From: Thermoplasmatota archaeon
Lineage (GTDB): Archaea; Thermoplasmatota; JAKEGO01
Direction of reading: 5' to 3'
Length of the DNA stretch: 64,000 nucleotides
Assembly (NCBI GenBank): GCA_028279595.1
Contig: JANQNK010000020.1
Location: 341,711-405,710, forward strand
Made by a program: the position numbers and the translations under genes. How positions within the stretch are numbered: position 1 is the stretch's first letter; each line of letters starts with the position of its first letter. The notes beneath the pieces were generated by a model. That model was not told the DNA's origin. It did no database searches and saw nothing but the letters and a program-made list of their open reading frames with translations. Shown here piece after piece: positions 46,426 to 56,176 of this stretch.

Positions 46426-47018
46426 CAGGATGCCTCCAGAGGACCTGTCTCGCCGTACGGGTCCATTATAAGGGTCGCGTGGACGGCGATGGAATCATCG
46501 ACCGTGATCCCCTTGGCGCCCGCCTTCTCTATCTTGATGGCGATGTACGGCTCATCCATGGGTGGCGGACAGTCGGTGATGTTCTCTTCGATAGCATCGT
46601 TCAGGTCGTCCATGGAGGTGTTGCCGATCATATCGACGATCTGGATCTGTTCCGCATACCGCGCGACAGCATCGGAGTCGATGTTCTCGATGTACGGCAG
46701 CGCTCCACTGGACCCGAGCACCCTGTTAGCTGCGTCGATGCCGTTCTCGTTGAGCGCCTTGAGTGCGTCCCCGGACCTGTGGCCCTTGACGTCAACGCCC
46801 CAGATTATCAGCCGTCTGATGTTGGGGTTTGATATGACGTTGGCGACCACCTTCTCGACCCCTATGTTCTCCGTCCGGATCTCCCCCCATATGGCAACCC
46901 TCTCCTCGGGCAGGTCTATCCTGCAGGATAGGGTAGCGACGGCAACGCAGGAATCGGGGTTGCCGATGCGGAATTCACCGCTCCAGGGGTACATCGTTTT
47001 GCCATTCATCTCCCGCAT
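46425..47018 (-). CDS. mtrA: soluble MtrA-family corrinoid protein (no C-terminal membrane anchor)
   Basis: GNPDSCVAVATL, TENIGVEKVVANVISNPNIR, VKGH (cobalt-ligating His), GALPYIEN; hydrophilic C-terminus. Confidence 0.92.
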   Translation of the reverse strand: MREMNGKTMYPWSGEFRIGNPDSCVAVATLSCRIDLPEERVAIWGEIRTENIGVEKVVANVISNPNIRRLIIWGVDVKGHRSGDALKALNENGIDAANRVLGSSGALPYIENIDSDAVARYAEQIQIVDMIGNTSMDDLNDAIEENITDCPPPMDEPYIAIKIEKAGAKGITVDDSIAVHATLIMDPYGETGPLEAS

Positions 47019-47095
47019 AAAGAGTTTACGATGGCCGATCGCCGCCTTCTGGGACCCACCAAATGCTTTATTACCTGATATCCGGGTCCGGTCAC

Positions 47096-48286
47096 ATGGT
47101 GGCCGCCTGGGTCGGACTGCTCCTCGCCCTTGCAGTGCTGATGGTGCTGTCGAGATGGAGCCTGTGGCTCGCTCTCCTCGCCTCTGCCGGTGTCCTTGGC
47201 GTATCCAGCCTTACACCCGGAGAGATCGGAGGTGAAGTGGTCGCCACACTGTCCGACCCTTCCATTCTTCTCCTTGCGCTGGCCGTTGCCATGATCCCCC
47301 TCATCGGAGGGTTCATGGAGTCGTCGGGCATGGTGGACCAGATCGTCAGGAACCTCCGTCTGAGGCGCCGCACCTTCATGTGGTTCTCCCCGGCACTCTT
47401 CGGAATGCTCCCGATGCCGGGAGGTGCTCTTCTGTCAGCGCCCCTCGTATCCCGTGGAGGAAAGGGTGTTTCCCCACGGAGACTCACTGCCGTCAACGTC
47501 TGGTTCAGGCACGGACTGCTGCTGATCTATCCGCTCGGAGCCCTCCTGGCAACGACGAAGATGGCAGGAGTCCCACTCTTCACTGCCATACTGTTCCTGA
47601 TACCAGGTTTCCTGCTTGTCGTGGCACTCGGATACATATTCATGCTGCGGGGGATACATGGCATGATATCAAAGAGGGCGAGGACAAGGCCGAAGCGCCT
47701 CTTCGTGCCTCTTACCGTCATTCTTGTTGCACCGCTCCTCGATCTAGCCCTCCTCCTCGCGTTCCCCGAGGCCATGGCCGAAGGATTGCTCGTAATCGCC
47801 GTCGGGACCAGTCTTGGGTTGGCCTTCTTCCTTGGTGGTCTGGCCATATCCGATGTACCTGGTATAGCAAGGAAGATGCGGCCCTGGACCTTTGGGTTGA
47901 TAATCATTGCGATGTTCATCTTCCTGAACGTCTTCCAGGCGTCGGACTCCCCCGAGGTCATTGCCGAACTGGACGTTCCGAAGGCCGTGCTCCTCGTCCT
48001 GGTGGGTGCCCTGCTTGGGTTCACAACGGGCAGGATCCAGGTCCCCGTATCGATCCTCGTCCCTATACATTTCGCAAAGTACGGCGTCGACTCGATGGCT
48101 CCGGTCGCCTTCGCCATCATGTACTTCAGCGTGTTCATGGGATACATCGTTTCCCCTGTCCATCCCTGCGTATCCGTCTCGATGGATTATTTCCGTTCTA
48201 ATATCAGGGATTTCTTCCGATTGACGGTCCCGCCAGCGCTCATCGCGATCGCGGTCACCTTCGGAGTTTCGATGATGGTCCTGTGA
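47096..48286 (+). CDS. DUF401-family integral membrane protein (ion-transporter superfamily)
   Basis: PALFGMLPMPGGALLSAP, N-x-WFRH, GY-x-x-SPVHPC; start moved to ATG 47096, about 22 nt after CTTTATTA. Confidence 0.85.
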   Translation: MVAAWVGLLLALAVLMVLSRWSLWLALLASAGVLGVSSLTPGEIGGEVVATLSDPSILLLALAVAMIPLIGGFMESSGMVDQIVRNLRLRRRTFMWFSPALFGMLPMPGGALLSAPLVSRGGKGVSPRRLTAVNVWFRHGLLLIYPLGALLATTKMAGVPLFTAILFLIPGFLLVVALGYIFMLRGIHGMISKRARTRPKRLFVPLTVILVAPLLDLALLLAFPEAMAEGLLVIAVGTSLGLAFFLGGLAISDVPGIARKMRPWTFGLIIIAMFIFLNVFQASDSPEVIAELDVPKAVLLVLVGALLGFTTGRIQVPVSILVPIHFAKYGVDSMAPVAFAIMYFSVFMGYIVSPVHPCVSVSMDYFRSNIRDFFRLTVPPALIAIAVTFGVSMMVL

Positions 48287-48401
48287 GGACGATCGTTGAG
48301 CTCGAAGACACATCATTCGGTCGTCAACGCACTCAAATAGCACTGTTGATGGAAGATCCTCTCGGCGAAAACGTAAAGAGCGGGAGCGACATGGTCTGGC
48401 A

Positions 48402-49265
48402 ATGAGGATGACAGCGGAGTGCGTTCCCTGCCTGTTGAGGCGGACATTGTACGAGGCGAGGCTCGTAGACCGGTCCAAGGAGGACGAGGTCATGGCTGCC
48501 GCCCTGGAGATAATGGCCGCAGGGTTCAGGGACGATCCTTCGAGCGCTGGTCTTGCGTCAGAGGTCCACAGGTCGACCTACAGGATACTCGGGACGGACG
48601 ATCCGTACGTGGGATACAAGAGGATGGCAACGGACGAGGCAAGAGCGGTCCTTCCATTGGCCAGGTCGCTGATCAATGATTCCGATGATCCACTGGAGAC
48701 TGCAGTTCTCATCTCCATTGTCGGGAATGTCCTCGAGTACGGCATAGAGGGCGCTCTCTCCGACCCTGGGCAGCTCGAATCACGGTTCAGGGAGGTGTAC
48801 TCGGAGGGTCTGGGTGCGTCGGACCTACCTTCGATAAGGGAGCGTCTCAAGCCCGGGTCCAGCGTGGTATTCTTCACAGACAACTGCGGCGAGCTCATCT
48901 TCGACGGATTGCTCCTGGAGGTCCTGAGAGGGATGGGTGTCAACCTCACTCTGGTGGTAAAGGGAGCACCCATTCTGACCGATGCTACGATGGATGACGC
49001 CGTGGAGGCCGGTCTCGATGGGATCGCCGACAGGGTCCTTACGACCGGCAGCGACCACGTCGGTTTCGAACCGGAGACCTTCTCGGAGGAACTGGTACGG
49101 GCGATCGAGCATTCCGACCTCGTGATATCCAAAGGGATGGCGAACTACGAGGCCTTCACAGAGACCGATATATCACCGGTAGCGTTCCTCCTCAGGACAA
49201 AGTGTGATCCCGTTGCCAGGTCCGCGGGGTTCGAACGCGACCTGAACGTGGCATTCATGCGCTAG
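48402..49265 (+). CDS. ARMT1/DUF89 damage-control phosphatase
   Basis: ECVPC, DPY-x-x-x-K, GN-x-x-[ED]YG, DNCGE-x-x-FD, SKGMANYE, KC. Confidence 0.93.
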   Translation: MRMTAECVPCLLRRTLYEARLVDRSKEDEVMAAALEIMAAGFRDDPSSAGLASEVHRSTYRILGTDDPYVGYKRMATDEARAVLPLARSLINDSDDPLETAVLISIVGNVLEYGIEGALSDPGQLESRFREVYSEGLGASDLPSIRERLKPGSSVVFFTDNCGELIFDGLLLEVLRGMGVNLTLVVKGAPILTDATMDDAVEAGLDGIADRVLTTGSDHVGFEPETFSEELVRAIEHSDLVISKGMANYEAFTETDISPVAFLLRTKCDPVARSAGFERDLNVAFMR

Positions 49266-49362
49266 CTTCCAATGGTAGGAAAGGTACCATTGCCTCCGGT
49301 CGAGATGTCGAGAAAAGTGGGAAAAACCGCCGTAAACGGCAGAATTGACAGTTATGCCAAAG

Positions 49363-49614
49363 TATAAATATATCATGAGAGGTATATACCAACGCACCAC
49401 TGTGTGCGCGCGCTATTCAGCGCGTAGGAGTGGGTCAGTGAGGTAGTTGAGTGCATCCCATCCCATCTGGCAACGCTTTTTTCTGGCCCGCTCCACCTTG
49501 ATTGTTGAGACACGGGTACGTTCACTCATTCAACAGGTCAAAAGGAGCATCAATATTGGGGTCGATGAGGATCATTCCGCACATCGTTTTCACTGACCCT
49601 GGGTCGGTCCCCAA
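49363..49614 (+). ncRNA. candidate structured non-coding RNA with its own TATA box (family unknown)
   Basis: TATAAATA at 49363 with no credible ORF downstream; several stems whose mismatches are G-U on the + strand. Confidence 0.4.
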
Positions 49615-49659
49615 CATCGTTTAAATAGTAGTGCGGACTATCTATTCCCTGGTGATCCT

Positions 49660-52600
49660 ATGAGAGGATTCTTAATCGTAAGTACGTTGACGTTCGTGTG
49701 CCTGCTGGCTGTCGTTATCGGCGCCCAGGCGGCCACGATAACCGTCGCCCGCGACGGTTCTGGAGATTATCGGACCATCGGGGATGCAGTGACCAACATG
49801 GACCCCGGTGACGATATCTATGTGAAGGATGGCACATACTACGAGGCGCTTGAGATCACGAAGACCGTCGATATCGAGGGTCAATCCATGGAGGGGGTCG
49901 TGATCGACGCCAACAGGACCGATACACCCATGGTATTGAGCGGCGCTGATGGTTCCCGCCTGTCGAACCTGAACTTCACCAACAGCACGACTGGCGCGAA
50001 CGAAGGCGGACTCGTGGTCATAAACACAGATGGACTCTACATCGACAATGCTACTTTCTTCGGCAACGGTGCAGACGGGCTGTTCCTATCCGGTTCGAGT
50101 TCTGTATACGTGAACGATTCGAATCTGTTCGAGAACAATGACGGCATCGGGATAGCCTCATCCTCCTTCTTCATCTATCTCGACCGGGTCCACATTTGGG
50201 AGTCGGTCAACGACGGGATAAATGCCCGCAGCGTTAGTGATATGGTCTTCAACGAACTCCATTCGCATAACAACTCGGATGGTGTCTACCTGTCGGACTG
50301 CGTCAGGACAGAGATACACAATTCGAACATCAGCAACAACTCGGCCAACGGCGTCTACGCTCCTTCATCCCGTATCTATGTCTACAATTCAACGGTACAC
50401 GAGCCGTTGAACGACACCTATGAGTATTATTCCAGCGCTGGATTCGTTGCGATCACCAATACCACACTGTTCAGCAACTGGAGCGTCCTCGTCGGTACCG
50501 ACGGCGTTTTCCACTACAAGAACTTCGTCCACGTCGAGGTCATGCGGCAGGGTAATCCACAATCAGGTGCAGACGTGAATGCAACCGAGAACGGCACAAC
50601 TGCCTACGCTTCCGAGGGCTACGGTGGAACGGACCCGAAGACCCGTGGGAACGGCATGGTCATGTGGATACCACTCGGGTACTGGTACTTCGCGCAAGCC
50701 TCTCCAGTACAGATCTACAATGGATCCTGGGTGGGAGCATCCTACCAGTCGTGGTCAGAGGACCGTGAGGTCAATATGTCGACCACCCACACCGAGACCT
50801 TCACAGCCACCGCCGCCAATGTGATCTACGTAGACGACGACAACGCTGGGGATCCGAGCATGGATGGGACCACCGCTCATCCATACGATCTTCTATCACG
50901 CGCCGTGGACAACGCGACCGCATGGGACGAGATAGTGATCTGGGACGGCGATTACGTCGAGAACGTCACCATCAACAAGACATTGGTAATAGGTGGTAAT
51001 GGTTCATTCTCGACCGTCCATGGTTGGATCAACGTCACGACCAATGCTTCCGGGACAATGATCACCAATCTTTCGGTGAACAGCACCACGGTCGCCATCA
51101 ACATCACCGCTGACGATGTCCTACTGGACATGCTCTTCATCGAGAGCATGAGACTGGGGATCAACGTGACCGGAGAACGATCGACGGTCCGTGATTCCAA
51201 CATCACTGCGGACATGGGCGTTCGCATCAAGGTAATGTCGACGTCTGAGATCGACAACTGTACCTTAATGGTTGCAACCCACGGTATCTACATCCGGGAT
51301 ACGGGTATGGTCTACCTCAACGATTCGATCGTGACCGATTTCAACGGCCACGGAGTGGACATCGACGACTCCGCGATCAACATCACCGGAACGAACATCA
51401 GCATTGGAACCACCAATCCGGGAACGGCCGGCATCGACGCCACGTCGTCCCAGATATTCATCGAGGGATCCGAGATATGGACCGACAATGCCGAATCACT
51501 CGTCGTATCCAACGGTGACATCATAGTACTGAACTCCACGTTCGACGAGGACCTCGTCGGTGTTGATGTCACCGGGACGATAAGCGTCCGCAACTACCTT
51601 GACATCTTCATCAACAAGACAAACGATGATCCTGCAGAGGGCGCGGATGTGAACGTCACGATCGATGGCATGTCGATCTACAATACAACGTACTACAATG
51701 GGACCGACCCCCAGACAGACGTAGATGGCTGGGTCATGGGCATCATCGTCGAGAACCATCTCTACAATGGATCAAATACCCCGACCTGGAACAACGTCTC
51801 CGTCTACGCCAGATATGCACCGTCCGTCCAGACGGAATGGATGGATGCCCAGTACAATATCGACATGAACTCAAGTCGCATGGTGAACTTCACCTACATC
51901 AAGCCAGCAGTGAACTGGAAGCCGTGGACCAGGATCGTCACTCCGGACGATCAGGTCTCCCAGAACGTCCAGTTCGATTACAAGCTTTTCGACAAGGAGA
52001 GCGATCTCTGCAACGTGTACGTCGAATACAGCCTGGATAATTCCACATGGTATCCAGCCAGCCTGTCCGGCGGTGGAAGCAACATCACGGACCAGGCGTC
52101 CTCCCCGGGAGGTACCTCGCACACGGTCACATGGCGCTCCGCCGACGATCTGCCCGACGAGGACATCGACAACGTATGGTTCCACCTATGGGTCAATGAC
52201 ACGAACGAAGGCTACATCAACGGGACCGGGGGATTCCATCTCGACAACGACCTCAATGCTCCGACGATCGATATCGATCAACTCGTCGGTGAGCAGACCG
52301 ATCCGGTCTTCGTTTACTTCAACATCACCGATCCCGAGGACAGACGTTCTTCCATATACGTCGAATATGAGTACGACGGGACATGGTACGACGCGACCGA
52401 AGGGACCGGCGGCAACACATCCTCCAGCATGAAGACGAACCAGTCCGGTTGGGCGTACGTCTATCACTGGAGATCGGCGTCAGACCTCGGGGGTGTCGAC
52501 GATAACATCACCTTCAGGATCACGGCCAACGATGGGGATGATGACGACAATGGGACCCCTGATGAGATCACATTCCACCTCGACAACAACTTCGCTCCGG

Positions 52601-54969
52601 AGATCATCATAACGTCGAACTCGGACGAACTCTCGGAGGACATCGAGATCGAGTTCGAGCTCACCGACGAGGAATCCGACGACATCGACATCGTGGTCCA
52701 GTACAGCCTCGACGACGGAGATACCTGGGATGACGCTACGATGCTCGACTCCCTGGACGACCTTGAGAGCTCTCCCGGCGGCACCGACCACACCATAGAG
52801 TGGGATTCGATGACCGACATCGGCGAGATCGAGACGGACAACGCCAAGATCGCGATATTCACGTATGACATCGACGAAGGGGAGAACAAGATCGCAACCT
52901 ATCACGTCGACAACGACCTCGACACTCCGGTGATATCCGATGTCCAGCTCCCGACCGAATTGTACGGTGACATCGACATCACCTTCACGATCGCCGACGA
53001 CCAGGAGGCGGAATCCCGTGTGACCATCACCTATTCGATCGACGGAGGCATCCAAGAGGACGTATCGATCTCTTCGCCATTCGCGACAGGGAACCGCCTG
53101 CTGGGGCTCGAGACATCGTCCGGAGGCGAGGAATACACATTCACTTGGCACAGCAACGACGACCTCACTAACCTGAACGAGGAGGACGTGGTCCTCACGT
53201 TCGTGGCCGAGGACGGTTACGAGGCCCCCGATCAAAGTCCCGAGGTCGAGACCAGCTCCTTCGAGCTCATGAACCATCTCTACCTGCCCCGGATCACCGG
53301 TCTGAACACTACTGGAGAGAAGAAGGACATCGAGATCGAGTACTCGATCGCCGACCTGGACGAGGAGGACTGCGATATCAGCGTCCAGTACAAGACCGAG
53401 AACAACCCGGCATGGACGGAAGCCACCATGGGGACCGGCGGCGACGGAGACACGGACCTCGCCTCGAGCATTGCAGGCACCACACACACGTTCATATGGG
53501 ATTCATACACCGACCTCCCGGACGCTGAGGAGGAGGTGACGATACGGGTACGCGCCGAGAACACCGACCTCGGCGATTGGATCGAATCGGACATGTTCGA
53601 CCTCAACAATATCCTGAACGTCATGACCGAACTCCAGGCCCTTAGCGTCCCAGATGACCACGGAGATATTGACATCACGTTCCAGGCAAGGGACAACGAG
53701 GACTCCGCCATCAACATCACACTATACTACAACTACGGCTCATGGAACGAGGCAACGATAACCGGGAACACAACGAACGTCGCTGTGAGTTCGACATGGT
53801 CCACCTTCGCGATCGTGTGGAAATCCTTCGAGGACCTAGGTTTCGTTGACGCGTCCGGCCTCGAGATCGAAATACGGGTCTCAGATGGCACCACCGACAA
53901 CCAGATCGGCACGACCTTCGACCTGAAGAACGGCCAGATACCGAGATTGACCCTCGAGGACCCGGACCACTGGACCGGAACCGTTTACCTGAACTTCACC
54001 CTGGAGGACGATCAGAGCGACGATTGCGACCTCGAGTTCGAATACTCGGAGGACGATGGTGATACCTTCGAGGAGGCCACCCTAATAACGAACTTCCCCG
54101 GCGAATCCCCCGACGGCATGGTCGCCTCGTCCTCTGGCGAGGACCACATGCTGGTATGGGACGCCCTATGGGACCTCGATTACGGCAACCACCTCGACCT
54201 GTTGATCCGACTGCGAGCCGACGACGGGGAAAGGATGAGCGTATGGTATGAGACCGATCCGTTCAACCTGAACATCGCTGCACCTCCGAATGACGAACCT
54301 GAAGGGGATGTATTTCCACCTGGTGATATCAAGACAGGCGATGATATCTATATCCAGGTCGAGGTCACCGACGATGATGAGGACGTTACCGTCACACTGT
54401 ACTATAGGAATGGTGACAATGGATCGTGGTCAGATGTCGAGATGGACGAGGTCGAGGACACGATCTACAACGCTTCCATACCGAGTTCCTTCGTTACCGG
54501 TGAGCTTGTCCAGTACTATATTGAGATCGATGATGGCGTGAACGACGTCGTCTATGCAGAGGACAAGGACGATGACAATCCACTCACCGTTACGATATTC
54601 AAGGAGCCGAGCAGCGAAGGCGGAAAGGAGAAGAAGGAGGACTCGGGCATGATGATGATGGTGATCATCATCGTCATCATAGGAGCCGGAGGTGCCGTAG
54701 GGATGCTGCTCTTCTTCAAGAAGAAGGGTGCCGGAGGAAAGCCGAAGGGCGGCGAGGGCGATGTTGCCCAGCCCGGCGCTGGCTTCCAGCCCACACAGCA
54801 GCAGCCGCCCGGTGCGATGCCTCCCCACGGCCACGGTGCGCAGCAGCCACCGCAGGGCGGTGCGCAGATGTCGGTATGTCCCGTTTGCGGGGCACCGGTC
54901 ATGGTACCGCCGCAGCGCCCGGTCAGGGTCACCTGCAACCGCTGCCAGAACTCGTTCGACGTGAAGTGA
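49660..54969 (+). CDS. large surface protein: beta-helix modules, about 7 acidic Ig-like repeats, TM, Pro/Gln/Gly linker and C-terminal zinc ribbon
   Basis: Signal peptide; VARDGSGDYRTI pectin-lyase-like start; repeats of D-x-E-x-D...YS-x-D-x-G-x-TW...SS-x-GG-x-x-H-x-x-x-W; TM MMMMVIIIVIIGAGG; CPVC...CNRC. Confidence 0.88.
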   Translation: MRGFLIVSTLTFVCLLAVVIGAQAATITVARDGSGDYRTIGDAVTNMDPGDDIYVKDGTYYEALEITKTVDIEGQSMEGVVIDANRTDTPMVLSGADGSRLSNLNFTNSTTGANEGGLVVINTDGLYIDNATFFGNGADGLFLSGSSSVYVNDSNLFENNDGIGIASSSFFIYLDRVHIWESVNDGINARSVSDMVFNELHSHNNSDGVYLSDCVRTEIHNSNISNNSANGVYAPSSRIYVYNSTVHEPLNDTYEYYSSAGFVAITNTTLFSNWSVLVGTDGVFHYKNFVHVEVMRQGNPQSGADVNATENGTTAYASEGYGGTDPKTRGNGMVMWIPLGYWYFAQASPVQIYNGSWVGASYQSWSEDREVNMSTTHTETFTATAANVIYVDDDNAGDPSMDGTTAHPYDLLSRAVDNATAWDEIVIWDGDYVENVTINKTLVIGGNGSFSTVHGWINVTTNASGTMITNLSVNSTTVAINITADDVLLDMLFIESMRLGINVTGERSTVRDSNITADMGVRIKVMSTSEIDNCTLMVATHGIYIRDTGMVYLNDSIVTDFNGHGVDIDDSAINITGTNISIGTTNPGTAGIDATSSQIFIEGSEIWTDNAESLVVSNGDIIVLNSTFDEDLVGVDVTGTISVRNYLDIFINKTNDDPAEGADVNVTIDGMSIYNTTYYNGTDPQTDVDGWVMGIIVENHLYNGSNTPTWNNVSVYARYAPSVQTEWMDAQYNIDMNSSRMVNFTYIKPAVNWKPWTRIVTPDDQVSQNVQFDYKLFDKESDLCNVYVEYSLDNSTWYPASLSGGGSNITDQASSPGGTSHTVTWRSADDLPDEDIDNVWFHLWVNDTNEGYINGTGGFHLDNDLNAPTIDIDQLVGEQTDPVFVYFNITDPEDRRSSIYVEYEYDGTWYDATEGTGGNTSSSMKTNQSGWAYVYHWRSASDLGGVDDNITFRITANDGDDDDNGTPDEITFHLDNNFAPEIIITSNSDELSEDIEIEFELTDEESDDIDIVVQYSLDDGDTWDDATMLDSLDDLESSPGGTDHTIEWDSMTDIGEIETDNAKIAIFTYDIDEGENKIATYHVDNDLDTPVISDVQLPTELYGDIDITFTIADDQEAESRVTITYSIDGGIQEDVSISSPFATGNRLLGLETSSGGEEYTFTWHSNDDLTNLNEEDVVLTFVAEDGYEAPDQSPEVETSSFELMNHLYLPRITGLNTTGEKKDIEIEYSIADLDEEDCDISVQYKTENNPAWTEATMGTGGDGDTDLASSIAGTTHTFIWDSYTDLPDAEEEVTIRVRAENTDLGDWIESDMFDLNNILNVMTELQALSVPDDHGDIDITFQARDNEDSAINITLYYNYGSWNEATITGNTTNVAVSSTWSTFAIVWKSFEDLGFVDASGLEIEIRVSDGTTDNQIGTTFDLKNGQIPRLTLEDPDHWTGTVYLNFTLEDDQSDDCDLEFEYSEDDGDTFEEATLITNFPGESPDGMVASSSGEDHMLVWDALWDLDYGNHLDLLIRLRADDGERMSVWYETDPFNLNIAAPPNDEPEGDVFPPGDIKTGDDIYIQVEVTDDDEDVTVTLYYRNGDNGSWSDVEMDEVEDTIYNASIPSSFVTGELVQYYIEIDDGVNDVVYAEDKDDDNPLTVTIFKEPSSEGGKEKKEDSGMMMMVIIIVIIGAGGAVGMLLFFKKKGAGGKPKGGEGDVAQPGAGFQPTQQQPPGAMPPHGHGAQQPPQGGAQMSVCPVCGAPVMVPPQRPVRVTCNRCQNSFDVK

Positions 54970-54974
54970 TCCGA

Positions 54975-55973
54975 ATGGAATGCGTCAAGTGCGGTTCGCC
55001 ATCGAACCACTCCGTGATATGTCTGGAGTGTTTCATGAACTCGCACAGTCTCCTTACGGTGCCCGAGTACCTCGATCTCTTCCATTGCTCAAAATGCGAC
55101 AACTGGTCGGCGAACGGCAAGTCCTGGCTCGAGGACTCAAGAGAGGCGGCATGGGCCGGTCTCAGACATGACATCTTCTCACCCGACGAGGTCGAGAACA
55201 TCGCACTCGAGATCGATGTCCAGGTGGAGGACAGGGCGGGGACGGTGACAGTGATCCTCGACGGGACCTACGACGGAATACCGGTCCACGAGGAGGCCGG
55301 GATCAAGCTTCGGGCGCATTCACATGTGTGCCAGGATTGTTCCAGGCGCTCCGGGTACTATTACGAGGCCATAGTACAGATACGCGGGAATCGGGATTCG
55401 ACCCCGGACGAGATCGAGTCGGCACTGGAGCGATTGTTAGCGAAGGCTGGAAAGGACGCGACCCGCGTCGAGGACACCCGCGGCGGCTACGACGTCTATT
55501 TCGTCTCGAAGGACACCGCGAAACAGACCGGGAGAAGCCTTGCTGACGAACTGGGGACGAGGACCGTCGAGACGTCCTCCCACGGCGGGAGCAAGGACGG
55601 GAAGGAACTCACTCGTTCGACCGTGCTGGTGCGCCTTTCACCGTTCAAGACCGGATGCGTCGTGGAATGGCACGGACGCCCCCATATCATCCAGTCCCTC
55701 GGTAGGTCACCGTACCTGATGGACCTCACCAACGGCCAGGGAGGCTCCGTAAACATGAAGGACCTGGAGACCGCGAGGATACTCGCAAGACCGGAGGACC
55801 CGAGGGAGACCGTCGTCGTGGCGATCGATGACGCTGGAACGATGATACTCGATCCTGACACTAACAAAACAATAACCGTATTGACACCGTTCGAGGTGGA
55901 AGCCGGCGGTACCGTGAGGGCGGTCAGGGTCGAGGAACGGTGGTTTCTACTGCCCCCCGACCGGACGGGATAA
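54975..55973 (+). CDS. nmd3: NMD3-family ribosome biogenesis protein
   Basis: CVKCG..CLEC, CSKC, CQDCSR-x-x-G-x-YYEA-x-VQIR, GGYD-x-Y; start ATG 54975. Confidence 0.92.
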   Translation: MECVKCGSPSNHSVICLECFMNSHSLLTVPEYLDLFHCSKCDNWSANGKSWLEDSREAAWAGLRHDIFSPDEVENIALEIDVQVEDRAGTVTVILDGTYDGIPVHEEAGIKLRAHSHVCQDCSRRSGYYYEAIVQIRGNRDSTPDEIESALERLLAKAGKDATRVEDTRGGYDVYFVSKDTAKQTGRSLADELGTRTVETSSHGGSKDGKELTRSTVLVRLSPFKTGCVVEWHGRPHIIQSLGRSPYLMDLTNGQGGSVNMKDLETARILARPEDPRETVVVAIDDAGTMILDPDTNKTITVLTPFEVEAGGTVRAVRVEERWFLLPPDRTG

Positions 55974-56007
55974 CCCTATATAATGGGACATTTTATCCGG
56001 ACACTGC

Positions 56008-56079
56008 GCCACTGTGGCTTAGAGGTATAGCGACTCCTTGGTAAGGAGTAGGTCGTGGGTTCGATTCCCACCAGTGGCT
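56008..56079 (+). tRNA. tRNA-Thr(GGT)
   Basis: GCCACTG/CAGTGGC acceptor stem; ACTCC-TTGGTAA-GGAGT anticodon arm; GGTTCGATTCC T-loop; TATATAA about 25 nt upstream. Confidence 0.97.
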
Positions 56080-56176
56080 TCCTTTGGCCTAATGCCCATG
56101 CTATCGATTTATCATTAACTGCAATTGGTCTAGTTCCACTGGTGATTTTATATACTGGTACACTTTCATCGGAGCG

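Noticed and set aside
45508-47018. mtrA/mtrH as evidence of methanogenesis
   Set aside because: MtrA lacks the membrane anchor, no mtrB-G or mcr is present in the window, and the context is methionine synthesis.
49533-49549. SRP RNA helix-8-like CAGGTCAAAAGGAGCA
   Set aside because: The loop is not GNRA, the stem is too short, the segment is engaged in another helix and no Alu-domain motif was seen.
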